Shown piece after piece: positions 1 through 9,927 of a DNA stretch of 64,000 nucleotides. Source of the stretch: an uncultured Rickettsiales bacterium (lineage in GTDB: Bacteria; Pseudomonadota; Alphaproteobacteria; Rickettsiales; SXRF01). A program made the translations under genes and the position numbers. Each line of letters starts with the position of its first letter. Position 1 is the stretch's first letter. The stretch is taken from NCBI GenBank assembly GCA_964518725.1, contig CAZFKP010000007.1, positions 8,397 to 72,396 of the forward strand, read 5' to 3'. The notes beneath the pieces were generated by a model. It was not told where the DNA came from. It saw only the letters and a list, made by a program, of their open reading frames with translations, and searched no databases.

Positions 1-1708
1 TTACACCGTTGGAAGCCGCGCCGGTAATCACCGCATCAGGTGCCAACACGCCGGTAGACAGCAGGTTGAACGATACGAACGAGCCACCCAGGCCATTGGT
101 TCTGGTTTGACCCAACGCATCGGTATTGTAGATGGTGCTGGTGTCAGGAACCGTGTTACCACCCGAACCCGTGCCAGTAAAGAAGCTGATGGCACCGGTT
201 TGCTGAGAGTCTGCATAACGGATGGTGATGTTGTTGTTCTCTGCCACCGCAACGATACCGAGCGCGCCAGCATTGTCGCTGGCGTTGATTGCTTCAGCGA
301 TATCTGCAAGCGTATCGGATGCACCTAACGCGCCAGAAATATCAACATAATCCGCACCGTTCACGCTGGCAAAAATCGAGCTGCCGGAAGCGAATGGCGT
401 GGTCGCCGTGCCGCCAACAACGTCAGCCGATGTGCTGCCGATCGCCGCAGCGAGTGACGCAGAAAGCAGACGGGTCGTGCTGGTTGCACCAGAAAGCGTC
501 GTGGTCTGAACACCGGCAGATGTTTTATAGAAACTATCACCGCCGTTGATCGACACGCTGCCGCTGGCATTGCTCAGATTCAACTGGATATTGTAGCCAT
601 TGGTAGAGTCACCGATTAGGCTTGCTTTTACGCCAGTCGTTGCCGAATTACCGTTGATGCCGTTCACAATGTTGGTGAGCGAATCACCTGCACGGAACGT
701 ATAAAGGTCAATCGCCGTGCTGGTTCCTACCTGAACACTCAGCGCATCGCCAGCCAAGAACGGTGCTGTTGCACTTTGCGAGCTGGCTACAACCACCGCA
801 TTGGTGGCACTAGTGAAAGCAGAAACGTTGGTTGCAAACAACGATACCGTTGCACCGCCGTAATTGCCGCCGACGCTTGCCTTATTGCTGGCAACGCCGG
901 TAACATCGAGGGTGAACTTATCGCTGAGCGCACCACCGGTACGGGATGCGATCGTCAGCGTGCTGCCACCCGGGGTCGAGGTATACGTCGCACCACCGAG
1001 CACTTGGGTAAAGGTAGAGGTCGTGATGTCGTTGGTTGCGTTATTGTTGTTGGTGAGCGCCGTGAGTTTAGATGCAAGGTTAGCAACCGTATCCGCCGAC
1101 GTTGCGCCGATCAGGAATTGCTGACGAGCCGTTGACGCCGTGCTGCTGAGCGCGGTTTTTGCCGTGAAGGTCAGGCCGTTGATCTCGATCGTGTCGCCAT
1201 CAACAAGGTTAGAAGCCAGACCAATCGTCGCAACACCTGCAGAAGCTTGCTTGGTAGCATCTTCAATGCGCGAAGAAGTAGAGAGCGAGCCGTCGATCAG
1301 CGATACACCGTTGAAGGTCGTGGTGCTGGTGATGAAGTTGATCTGGTCGGTGAGAGCCTGGAACTCCTGGTTCAGGAAGCCGCGGTCAGAAGCCGACAGG
1401 TTACCCGAAGATGCTTGTACTGCGAGAGTTTTTTGACGTTGAAGAATTTCAGTGACCTGACCGAGCGCACCATCGGCTACCTGCAGCAGCGACACACCTT
1501 GCGAGGCATTTACAAGTGCTTGACGCAACGTGCGTACAGTAGTCGAGAAAGATGTACCGATGGATAGACGCGCTACGTCATCGGATGCTTTGGTGATGAA
1601 GTTACCGGAAGAAAGGCGCGATACGGACGTTGTCGCCGCCGAGCTTGCCTTTGCAATATTAGCCTGCGCGAAATACGCGGAAATATTGGTATTAATTGAG
1701 TTAGCCAT
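1..1708 (-). CDS. fliC: Flagellin, N-terminal and variable region only; the C-terminus lies beyond the left window edge
   Basis: Hand translation from the ATG at 1708-1706 (AGGAGA 5 nt upstream) gives MANSINTNISAYFAQANIAKASSAATTSVSRLSSGNFITKASDDVARLSIGTSFSTTVRTLRQALVNASQGVSLLQVADGALGQVTEILQRQKTLAVQASSGNLSASDRGFLNQEFQALTDQINFI. This is a canonical flagellin N-terminal domain. The stretches translated by hand (about 270 codons from the ATG, plus the last 14 codons) contain no stop. No complete ORF ending at 1708 is listed, which is consistent with the frame staying open to position 2 and explains its absence from the complete-ORF track. The rest is a Thr/Ser/Ala/Gly/Asn-rich variable region. 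Confidence 0.9.
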   Translation of the reverse strand, partial: MANSINTNISAYFAQANIAKASSAATTSVSRLSSGNFITKASDDVARLSIGTSFSTTVRTLRQALVNASQGVSLLQVADGALGQVTEILQRQKTLAVQASSGNLSASDRGFLNQEFQALTDQINFITSTTTFNGVSLIDGSLSTSSRIEDATKQASAGVATIGLASNLVDGDTIEINGLTFTAKTALSSTASTARQQFLIGATSADTVANLASKLTALTNNNNATNDITTSTFTQVLGGATYTSTPGGSTLTIASRTGGALSDKFTLDVTGVASNKASVGGNYGGATVSLFATNVSAFTSATNAVVVASSQSATAPFLAGDALSVQVGTSTAIDLYTFRAGDSLTNIVNGINGNSATTGVKASLIGDSTNGYNIQLNLSNASGSVSINGGDSFYKTSAGVQTTTLSGATSTTRLLSASLAAAIGSTSADVVGGTATTPFASGSSIFASVNGADYVDISGALGASDTLADIAEAINASDNAGALGIVAVAENNNITIRYADSQQTGAISFFTGTGSGGNTVPDTSTIYNTDALGQTRTNGLGGSFVSFNLLSTGVLAPDAVITGAASNGV

Positions 1709-1823
1709 GGTTGTCTCCTACCTGGATGTTAATGTTACGAAAGCTACTTGCTTTCAAAAAACCATGCGACTTTTTCAGCCACATACTACTAGGATTACAC
1801 AAAACGTATTAATGCAAGGTTAA

Positions 1824-1850
1824 TTATCGGAAATTTTCTAAAATATTTTA
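1824..1850 (-). promoter_or_regulatory. Sigma28 (FliA)-type promoter candidate for the flagellin gene
   Basis: The minus strand reads TAAA (1850-1847), then 15 nt, then tCCGATAA (1831-1824). The consensus is TAAA-N15-GCCGATAA. It lies in the intergenic gap about 115 nt upstream of the flagellin ATG. Confidence 0.55.
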
Positions 1851-1905
1851 TAAAGCACTGATACACAATACTAATATGGCGCAAGAAAATCTACAGTGGC
1901 AATCA

Positions 1906-2802
1906 TTACGCATCATTGATGGATTCTTTTTCCTCACGTTTCAGGCGCGATTCGCGGTGTGCAATATAGACTGTGCTTGCCACCACAATCCCTGCCCCAA
2001 ACCATGCATGGCTATCCAGCACCTCGCCAAAAAATACATAGGCAAGGATAGATGTGAAAACCAGCCGTGTGAAATCAAACGGCATGAGCACCACCATCTC
2101 GGCGCGCTTATATGCACGCGCCATCATCAACTGTGCCGACGTTGAAAACAATGCGATCAGCACCATGGCACCCCACGCCGTTGCATCGACAGGTTGCCAG
2201 TGCAATAATCCAAACGGTGCAGAAAGTGGTGCCATGACAAGTGCCATATAAAATACGATGGTCTCCGGCGGCTGGTCGCGTGACAAGCTCTTAACAAATG
2301 TTCCTGCCACCGCCATCGCTGCCGAGGCGCCAAGTACATAGAAGGCATTGGTGTTGATCCCTGAAATATCCGGCCGGAGTACGAGCAGCACGCCGATAAA
2401 GCTTACCGTCAATGCCGACCATCGGCGAATGCCGGCACGCTCACCGAGGAAAAAGATGGCGAAGATCGTGGCAAAAATCGGCGTGGTGAACGATAGCGCC
2501 GTGGCCAGCGTCACCGGCATGATGGTCATGGAATAAAACCAGAGCTGCATCGCCACCAGCCCCGCCGCCCCGCGCCCGATATGCCCGGCAAGACGCTGGG
2601 TAGGAAACCGTGGAACGCCGCGCTGCTGGATGCCTGCAAGCAGCAGCACCATGACGAGGCTCATGCTGTTGCGGATGAGCACCATCTGCCCAGAATGCAT
2701 AGTGCCCGAGAGCGCGCTGATAATCACGTTCATCGCAGCAAAGCACGCCATGCTTGCGAGCATGAACGCCATCGCCTGAGCAGTAGCATTCTTGAAAAAC
2801 AT
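1906..2802 (-). CDS. DMT (EamA/RhaT-type) family transporter
   Basis: The protein is hydrophobic with about 10 predicted helices and a two-fold EamA-like organisation. The ORF extends to 2922, but the ATG at 2802 (MFFKNATAQ...) gives a typical length of about 298 aa. The start is uncertain. Confidence 0.7.
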   Translation of the reverse strand: MFFKNATAQAMAFMLASMACFAAMNVIISALSGTMHSGQMVLIRNSMSLVMVLLLAGIQQRGVPRFPTQRLAGHIGRGAAGLVAMQLWFYSMTIMPVTLATALSFTTPIFATIFAIFFLGERAGIRRWSALTVSFIGVLLVLRPDISGINTNAFYVLGASAAMAVAGTFVKSLSRDQPPETIVFYMALVMAPLSAPFGLLHWQPVDATAWGAMVLIALFSTSAQLMMARAYKRAEMVVLMPFDFTRLVFTSILAYVFFGEVLDSHAWFGAGIVVASTVYIAHRESRLKREEKESINDA

Positions 2803-2821
2803 GCCGTAAGCTAGTGCCGGC

Positions 2822-5452
2822 ATGCGTAAACTACAACTTGAAAATATTGCCCGCGACCAACTGTTACAGACCGTGCGCCCGTGGCTTATGGAAGCGCAGG
2901 ACAATGTGCGCGCGCAATTCATACGCTCACAGGATGCAGAACAGCTGGCGTTTCACCTCTCCTCCGTCATCGACCACCTTATCAGCACCCTATTCGATTA
3001 CTTTACCGGGCGACAGTCCTCACATATTGCTGTTGTCGCCACCGGCGGCTATGGCCGGCGCGAACAATGCCCCTATTCGGATATTGACTTGTTGTTCCTA
3101 TACGCGCCCAACCAGTTAAAGGAAGCGGCAGGCATCGCCGAATCGCTCCTGTACGTATTGTGGGATCTCGGGCTTAAGATCGGACAGGCACATCGGAATA
3201 TCGAAGAGACATTGATGATGGCGCACGAGGATATCCATGTGCGTACCAGCCTGCTTGATGCGCGATTAATTACCGGCGACCGCACCCTGTTCAATCATTG
3301 CATGCGACGGTTGCGGGAAGAAATCATCGATGCCAGCACACTGGAATTCGTCGAAGCAAAATTAGCCGAGCGCGACGCGCGTCATGTGCGATTCGGCGAT
3401 TCGCGCTATGTGCTGGAACCCAACGTAAAGGAAGGCAAAGGCGGTTTGCGCGACCTGCACACGCTCTGGTGGCTGGCGCGTTATGTCTATCACGTCGATG
3501 CGCTCGACGAGCTGGTGGAACTCGGCCGCCTCACCCCGGAGGAGCTCGCCGCCTTCCATCATTCCACCCAGTTCCTGTTACGCACGCGGGCGCACCTGCA
3601 TTACCTCACCGGACATGCCGACGAACGACTTGCGTTCGACAAGCAGCTCGCCATCGCCCGCGCCATGGGATATGCGAACTCAAACCCCAACCTTGCCATC
3701 ACGCGTTTCATGCGGCGATATTTTATCGCCGTACGCACAGCCGGAAGCCTGACTCGCATTTTCTGCGCTTTACTCGAAGATGAAAAAAAACGCAAACCAA
3801 GCAAACCGCTGGGATGGATTACGCTTGGTAAGGAGCGGCAAGATTATTTCAACCTCGATGGCGAGCGGGTCAGCATCATCGACGAAGAATTGTTTGCTAA
3901 ACATCCAACCGCCATGCTCACCTTGTTCCATGTCGCGCAGGAGCAATCGCTCGACATCCACCCACGGGCACTGCGCGCCATCACGCGCAACCTGCACCGG
4001 ATTGACGACAGTTTCCGCAAGGATCCGGATGCCTGCCACACGTTCCTACGTATCCTGCAATCAGACAAGGGGCCGGAGGTGGCGCTGCGGCGCATGAATG
4101 AAGCCGGCGTACTGGGACGCTTCATTCCCGAGTTCGGGCGCATCATCGGCCAGACGCAATTCAACATGTACCATGTATATACAGTAGATGAACATACGCT
4201 GGTGGCGCTTGGTATCCTGCATGCGATTGACGTCGGCCGCGTGACCGATGAAGCGCCGCTGGCCAGCGGCATTATGCCAAGGATCACTCAAAAACATGTG
4301 CTTTACCTTGCACTATTCTGCCACGATATCGCCAAGGGACGCGACAGTGACCATTCAGAGCTAGGCGAACATATTACGATCAAACTCGGGAGGCGCTTTG
4401 GGTTCTCGGAAGAAGAATCCGGCACAGCGGCGTGGCTGGTACGCAATCATCTATTGCTATCTGGCACAGCCTTCAAACGCGACCTCAACGACCCGAAAAC
4501 CATTGCCGATTTTGTCGCGCTGGTACAAACACCGGAGCGCCTGAAACTACTGCTTGTACTGACCGTTGCCGATATCCGCGCCGTTGCACCTGCCGTATGG
4601 AACGAATGGAAGGGATCGCTGATGCGCGACCTGTTCAACCGCGCCATGCAGGCGATGGGAAGTGGTGAAGTATTGTCCAGCGACCATGATCCGCACCTAG
4701 TGCGACACACGATTTCCGAAGCGCACCCAAGCCTTGATGTCGCACAAATTGATCATTATTTAGCGCTGGGCACCACCGGATTCCATCAGGGCTGTACGCT
4801 GTCACAGCATCTTGCAATTGCCGGAATGCTGCTGGTGGATGAACGGCTCGACCAACGCATTCGCCTGCACATCAGCCATGATGAAAAGAAATTTGTGACG
4901 GAAGTGATTATCCTGCTGCCCGGCCAGACAGGCATGTTCGCAAGACTTACCGGAGCCATCACACTGGCGGGCGCCAGCATTATCCACGCAAAGATTTTTA
5001 CCCTGAAAGACGGCAGCGCCGTCAATATTTTTCACCTGCAGGATATTGCGGGCAATGCGTTCAACCGCCCCGCCATGCTGGCCAAAATGGCGGTGTATAT
5101 CGAGCAGGCCATTGACGGCAGCCTTGATGTCTCGCAAGCACTCCTGCACCGCGCCATGCCCTACCAGAACAACCTGCCCGACCGCATGAAAAAAGAGGCG
5201 GCGGTGTTTATCGAGAACGATGCGAGCACCGTGTGCTCTGTGGTTGAAATTGCGGCTACTGACCGTGTTGGCTTGCTCTACAGCGTTGCAAACGCGCTCG
5301 ATAAGCTTGGGCTTTCGACCGTCACCGCGCATATTTCCACTTATGGCGCTCGCGCCGCCGACGTGTTTTACGTGAAAGACGGTTTCGGCATGAAAATTAC
5401 CCACGAGAAAAAAATCAAAGCCGTGCGCGAAGCACTCACCGCAATTTTATAA
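2822..5452 (+). CDS. glnD: [Protein-PII] uridylyltransferase / uridylyl-removing enzyme GlnD
   Basis: 876 aa. It has the nucleotidyltransferase motif GGYGRREQCPYSDIDLLFLY, an HD domain (LALFCHDIAKGR) and two C-terminal ACT-like domains. Confidence 0.92.
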   Translation: MRKLQLENIARDQLLQTVRPWLMEAQDNVRAQFIRSQDAEQLAFHLSSVIDHLISTLFDYFTGRQSSHIAVVATGGYGRREQCPYSDIDLLFLYAPNQLKEAAGIAESLLYVLWDLGLKIGQAHRNIEETLMMAHEDIHVRTSLLDARLITGDRTLFNHCMRRLREEIIDASTLEFVEAKLAERDARHVRFGDSRYVLEPNVKEGKGGLRDLHTLWWLARYVYHVDALDELVELGRLTPEELAAFHHSTQFLLRTRAHLHYLTGHADERLAFDKQLAIARAMGYANSNPNLAITRFMRRYFIAVRTAGSLTRIFCALLEDEKKRKPSKPLGWITLGKERQDYFNLDGERVSIIDEELFAKHPTAMLTLFHVAQEQSLDIHPRALRAITRNLHRIDDSFRKDPDACHTFLRILQSDKGPEVALRRMNEAGVLGRFIPEFGRIIGQTQFNMYHVYTVDEHTLVALGILHAIDVGRVTDEAPLASGIMPRITQKHVLYLALFCHDIAKGRDSDHSELGEHITIKLGRRFGFSEEESGTAAWLVRNHLLLSGTAFKRDLNDPKTIADFVALVQTPERLKLLLVLTVADIRAVAPAVWNEWKGSLMRDLFNRAMQAMGSGEVLSSDHDPHLVRHTISEAHPSLDVAQIDHYLALGTTGFHQGCTLSQHLAIAGMLLVDERLDQRIRLHISHDEKKFVTEVIILLPGQTGMFARLTGAITLAGASIIHAKIFTLKDGSAVNIFHLQDIAGNAFNRPAMLAKMAVYIEQAIDGSLDVSQALLHRAMPYQNNLPDRMKKEAAVFIENDASTVCSVVEIAATDRVGLLYSVANALDKLGLSTVTAHISTYGARAADVFYVKDGFGMKITHEKKIKAVREALTAIL

Positions 5453-6079
5453 GAACTGGCGTACAAACGGCACCGTAAGCATACGGCCTTCGGCGAGCGA
5501 GGCATTGTCAAGCGTAGCGACCAATGCTGCGATTCCAGAGAAAGAGCGCGGTGCACGTGGCATGATGTAGTGCACCGTTTCTTCCGATATTTTGAGCTGG
5601 CGGTCGCTTAAGTGTTTACGCAGTACGGCTGCAAGCAACGCATCATCCGGCGGCAGAATATGCGCGAGCGGCAGGGATTTCAGGCGCGAGCGAATGTCCG
5701 GCAAGGTAAAAGCCAGCGCATCCGGCATGTGTGTAGACGTGATGAGTAACGGCAACTGGTGGGATTTACAATGGTTGTAAAGATGGAATAAGGTAGTTTC
5801 GTCGCGCCATGTTTCCACCCCGTCGATAATGGACGCGGCCGACGGCAGTTCTTGGTGATCAGGCACAAGAAAAGTCGCCTTTGATTTTTGCTGCCAGAGG
5901 TGCGCCAGATGTGTTTTCCCGGCACCGTGCTCGCCTTGAACATACAATGCATTCCCTGGCCAGTCGGGAAAACGTATCACCCATTCATAAGCAAGTCGGT
6001 TGCTTTCCGAGACGATAAATTGCTCCGGCGCATAGGCCACCGGCAGGCTCATATCCAGCGCGTATTGCGTCATGGCCAA
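5447..6079 (-). CDS. hdaA: DnaA regulatory inactivator HdaA (Hda)
   Basis: 210 aa. It has the Walker A-like motif GEHGAGKTHLAHLW and overall DnaA domain III-like layout. The hdaA-perM-DUF2066-purM neighbourhood is typical of alphaproteobacteria. Confidence 0.8.
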   Translation of the reverse strand: MAMTQYALDMSLPVAYAPEQFIVSESNRLAYEWVIRFPDWPGNALYVQGEHGAGKTHLAHLWQQKSKATFLVPDHQELPSAASIIDGVETWRDETTLFHLYNHCKSHQLPLLITSTHMPDALAFTLPDIRSRLKSLPLAHILPPDDALLAAVLRKHLSDRQLKISEETVHYIMPRAPRSFSGIAALVATLDNASLAEGRMLTVPFVRQFL

Positions 6080-7144
6080 TTACTGGAAATACTGGCTCTG
6101 CTGGTAGTGCAGCAGCGCGAAACGAATGAGTACCCCAAGCACCGCAGCAATCGGCACCGCCAGCAATACCCCGACAAAACCGAATAACGCAGCGCCCGAA
6201 AGCATCGCAAAAATAATCCACACCGGATGCAACCCCACCTTGTCACCCACCAGTTTAGGCGTCACAAAATTACCTTCGATCACCTGCCCGGTGATAAACA
6301 CTGCAAGCACAGCGACGATCGAGGATATGTCTTCAAATTGGAAAAATGCTACCGTCAAGCCCGTCAGCATGCCGACCAGCAGGCCGACATACGGGAAAAT
6401 GACGAGGAACCCAGTGGCAAGGCCGATGATAAAGCCAAAGTTGAGGCCAACCAGCGATAGGCCGATTGCATAGTAGGTCGCAAGAAGAATGCACACATTC
6501 AACTGCCCACGCACAAAGCCGTCGAGGGTGCTGTTAATCAGCGCAAGCTGCTCATGTACTGCAGCGGCGTGGCTACGCGGAATCAACGCGCTGACATGTG
6601 ACACAACCTTGTCCCAATCCCGCAGCAGGTAAAAGGCTACGACCGGCGTAATCAATACCAGCGACAGAATATTGATGAAGGCCATGCCGGAAGTAAGCGC
6701 ATTGCCAAAAAACTCGACAACCGTGCGGGCAACGACGCCAGAGCTGTTCATCACCGCATTCTTGATTTCCTGCATCATGGAAGGTGACAACATGCTGAAC
6801 CTGCGCTCCATATAAGGAATCAGGTTCTGGTCGACCTGTGCCAAATAACCAGGAATCGTGTCTACTAACTCGCTCACCTGCGTGGCGATAACAGGAACCG
6901 CAATGGTCAGCACCAGAATAATCACGGAGAAAAATGCCGCCGTGATGACCAGGGTGGAGGTGGTGCGCGACAGGCCTGCCTTCTGCAGGCGATCAGCGGC
7001 CGGATCCAGAAAATACGCCGTTGCCATCCCCAGCACAAACGGCAGCAGAATCGAATGGACAAGATAGAAAAACACCATAAACACGGCACTGGTGATAAGC
7101 CAGAAGCGCACATCGCTGGAGCGAATAGAAGTTGGTTCAGTCAT
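6080..7144 (-). CDS. AI-2E family transporter (PerM/UPF0118)
   Basis: 354 aa polytopic membrane protein. It carries the C-terminal pattern typical of the family (GDKVGLHPVWIIFAML...GF.GVLLAVP). Confidence 0.75.
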   Translation of the reverse strand: MTEPTSIRSSDVRFWLITSAVFMVFFYLVHSILLPFVLGMATAYFLDPAADRLQKAGLSRTTSTLVITAAFFSVIILVLTIAVPVIATQVSELVDTIPGYLAQVDQNLIPYMERRFSMLSPSMMQEIKNAVMNSSGVVARTVVEFFGNALTSGMAFINILSLVLITPVVAFYLLRDWDKVVSHVSALIPRSHAAAVHEQLALINSTLDGFVRGQLNVCILLATYYAIGLSLVGLNFGFIIGLATGFLVIFPYVGLLVGMLTGLTVAFFQFEDISSIVAVLAVFITGQVIEGNFVTPKLVGDKVGLHPVWIIFAMLSGAALFGFVGVLLAVPIAAVLGVLIRFALLHYQQSQYFQ

Positions 7145-8234
7145 TGGAAATTACCCAGTAATCAGGATTTTTCTTGAAGCGGATGGATTTACTGGACAGC
7201 GCATTGGTGAATGACTCCTCGCTGCCACGGTAATGCACTGCAATATCGACCTGCCGCGCAGAAACAGCCAGCGTATCGACCTTATCGACCATCGGCAATG
7301 CGGTAAGTTTTTTTCGCAATTCCGTCCATGACGACATGGTGGAAATACTCGCCAGCATCACCAACCGTTTCCTGTCGCCACCCCGGACCGCTGCTTTGGT
7401 TGCGGTTTCATCGACCTTCTTTTCCTGCAATTCGGAAATAATGTCGCGGGCAGCGCGGGCAAATAACAACTCGCGGGTTTCCTGTGGATCGGCACGGTAG
7501 GTCAGCACATTGACATTGCTATCCTGCCGACCAACCCGCCGCTTGACGACTGTCAGCATCATGTCCGGACGAAAGACGTAGGTTGCCTGCAGCAACACCA
7601 CATCGCTCACTCCATAGCGCACAGCGAACGTCGATAGCGTCTGAAAATCCGCCGTCATCATATCACCATAGGCCAGCGCCGCCGCATCTGTCTGATCGCC
7701 ATAGGGCACCAGCACATCGCCGGTGGTGACCTCAAGCGCCACCTCATCCCATACGGCTTTCCAAATATTGCTGCCTTCCCATAGCAATTTCTGATTGCCG
7801 ATCTCCAGCCCGGGTATCACCAGGAACGAGCCAACCGATGCCGGCATAAGCTCTTTGGCATCCGGCGCACTGACACCACTCATGATTTTGCTGATTTCAT
7901 CACCATCGAAAGATACGATCAGCTTAGCGCGGTAGCGGTTGCCGCTGATGCGCTCATCGACCACCTGTGTCCCTTTGACCATGGCAGTGATTTTTTTGGA
8001 ATCGAGCGTCGACATGATATCCTTCGCCTGCCCCGGAGGACCCAAACGCTCAAGAAGGGCAACCAGCCCATCTACCTCGGCCTTGGCCATTGCCTGCGTG
8101 CGCGCACCGGAAGGGTCTTTGCTGGTGATGTCAACATTGACCTCGCTATTGACGATCGCTTCCCCGGCATAAAGCGGCGGGGTAAGTAACAAACATACCG
8201 AAAATAGAAGCAAAAATAGGCGCATGGTTGCCAT
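7137..8234 (-). CDS. Secreted DUF2066-like protein
   Basis: 365 aa with an N-terminal signal peptide (MRLFLLLFSVCLLLTPPLYAGEA). Its position between perM and purM matches the conserved alphaproteobacterial DUF2066 gene. The family assignment is from memory of synteny and composition. Confidence 0.5.
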   Translation of the reverse strand: MATMRLFLLLFSVCLLLTPPLYAGEAIVNSEVNVDITSKDPSGARTQAMAKAEVDGLVALLERLGPPGQAKDIMSTLDSKKITAMVKGTQVVDERISGNRYRAKLIVSFDGDEISKIMSGVSAPDAKELMPASVGSFLVIPGLEIGNQKLLWEGSNIWKAVWDEVALEVTTGDVLVPYGDQTDAAALAYGDMMTADFQTLSTFAVRYGVSDVVLLQATYVFRPDMMLTVVKRRVGRQDSNVNVLTYRADPQETRELLFARAARDIISELQEKKVDETATKAAVRGGDRKRLVMLASISTMSSWTELRKKLTALPMVDKVDTLAVSARQVDIAVHYRGSEESFTNALSSKSIRFKKNPDYWVISND

Positions 8235-8312
8235 TGACCCGTTGAAAACTATGGCTTAACCTGTAGCCTGAAATCGCGCCTTTCGCAAGGCCACATTCAG
8301 TTAAGGACGACC

Positions 8313-9350
8313 ATGCACGCTACCTACAAACAAGCCGGGGTTGATATTGATGCCGGCAATGCGCTGATTGACCGCATTAAGCCGTTCGCCAAAGCGACAC
8401 GCCGCAGTGGCTCGATGGACGAGCTGGGCGGATTTGGCGCGCTGTTCGATCCCAAAGCCGCAGGGTTCAAAGACCCCCTGCTCGTCTCGTCCACCGATGG
8501 CGTCGGCACCAAGCTCAAAATCGCACAAACCGTCGGCAAGCACGATACGATCGGTATCGACCTCGTCGCTATGTGCGTGAACGACCTCGTCGTGCAGGGC
8601 GCCGAGCCGCTCTTTTTCCTCGATTATTTCGCAACCGGGAAACTCAGCGTCGATGTCGCCGCCGATGTGATCAAGGGTATCGCTGAAGGTTGCAAACAGT
8701 CAAACTGTGCCTTAATCGGCGGCGAGACCGCCGAAATGCCGGGCATGTACGCGCCGGGTGAATATGATTTGGCGGGGTTCACGGTCGGCGCCGTTGAACG
8801 CGACCAGCTATTGCCGCGCAACGTTGGCGAAGGCGATGTGGTGCTTGGGCTTGCGTCAAGCGGGGTGCATTCCAATGGCTTTTCGCTGGTGCGCCATATC
8901 ATGGCCGGAGCGGGTGTCGCCTTCGATTCACCGGCGCCTTTTGCCAACGGGAAAAGCTTCGCCGACGTGCTGCTTACCCCTACCCGGCTCTATGTCGGCT
9001 CCTGCCTCAGCGCCTTACGGGCTTTCCCGCAATCGGTGCATGCGTTCGCGCATATTACCGGCGGCGGGTTGCCAGAAAATTTACCGCGGGTGCTACCCAA
9101 ACATCTGGGTGCCATACTTTTCGCGAAGGCTTGGAAAATGCCGGGCGCTTTTGCATGGCTGCAGCAAACCGGGAATGTGCCAATGGCAGATTTATACCGT
9201 ACGTTCAATTGCGGCATCGGCATGGTCGCGGTGGTCGCAAAGACCGATGCGACCGCTATCACCAAGCATCTGGAGGCGGCAGGCGAAACGGTATATGTGT
9301 TAGGCGAGATTACCACACGCGGCGACGAAGCCGTCATCATCCGTGAGTAA
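8313..9350 (+). CDS. purM: Phosphoribosylformylglycinamidine cyclo-ligase (AIR synthetase) PurM
   Basis: 345 aa. Motifs seen: [33 protein letters not shown]. Confidence 0.95.
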   Translation: MHATYKQAGVDIDAGNALIDRIKPFAKATRRSGSMDELGGFGALFDPKAAGFKDPLLVSSTDGVGTKLKIAQTVGKHDTIGIDLVAMCVNDLVVQGAEPLFFLDYFATGKLSVDVAADVIKGIAEGCKQSNCALIGGETAEMPGMYAPGEYDLAGFTVGAVERDQLLPRNVGEGDVVLGLASSGVHSNGFSLVRHIMAGAGVAFDSPAPFANGKSFADVLLTPTRLYVGSCLSALRAFPQSVHAFAHITGGGLPENLPRVLPKHLGAILFAKAWKMPGAFAWLQQTGNVPMADLYRTFNCGIGMVAVVAKTDATAITKHLEAAGETVYVLGEITTRGDEAVIIRE

Positions 9351-9927
9351 GAAAAAAGTCGCAGTACTGGTGTCTGGCAGTGGCAGCAATTTGCAAGCGC
9401 TGATTGATGCGGCGTCGGCGCCGGATTATCCGGCGGACATTGCCTTGGTGGTGTCGAACAAACATGAAGCGTTCGGCCTCACCCGCGCAACCAATGCCGG
9501 CATTCCCACCCGCGTTATTTCGCACAAGGAATTTGAATCACGTGAGGCGTTCGACGTAGCAATGGATGCAGCGCTCCAAGAACATCATATCGAGCTGGTT
9601 TGCCTTGCCGGGTTCATGCGCGTGCTATCGCCGTGGTTTGTTGAAAAATGGCAGAGGAAAATGATCAACATCCATCCTTCCCTACTGCCAAAATATAAGG
9701 GATTGCACACGCACCAGCGGGCGATTGATGCCGGTGAGAAAGAAGCCGGATGCACCGTGCATTGGGTAAGCGCCGGGGTGGATGAAGGCAAAATTATCGC
9801 GCAAGCCAGCGTTCCGGTACTGGCAGACGATACGGCGGAAACCCTTGCAGCGCGTGTATTAGAACAGGAACATACAATCTATCCGGCGGCACTTAAGCAA
9901 ATAATCCAAGCAACCGAGCTTCCTTAG
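9343..9927 (+). CDS. purN: Phosphoribosylglycinamide formyltransferase PurN
   Basis: 194 aa. Motifs seen: [15 protein letters not shown] and [13 protein letters not shown]. It overlaps the purM stop by 8 nt. Confidence 0.95.
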   Translation: MSKKKVAVLVSGSGSNLQALIDAASAPDYPADIALVVSNKHEAFGLTRATNAGIPTRVISHKEFESREAFDVAMDAALQEHHIELVCLAGFMRVLSPWFVEKWQRKMINIHPSLLPKYKGLHTHQRAIDAGEKEAGCTVHWVSAGVDEGKIIAQASVPVLADDTAETLAARVLEQEHTIYPAALKQIIQATELP

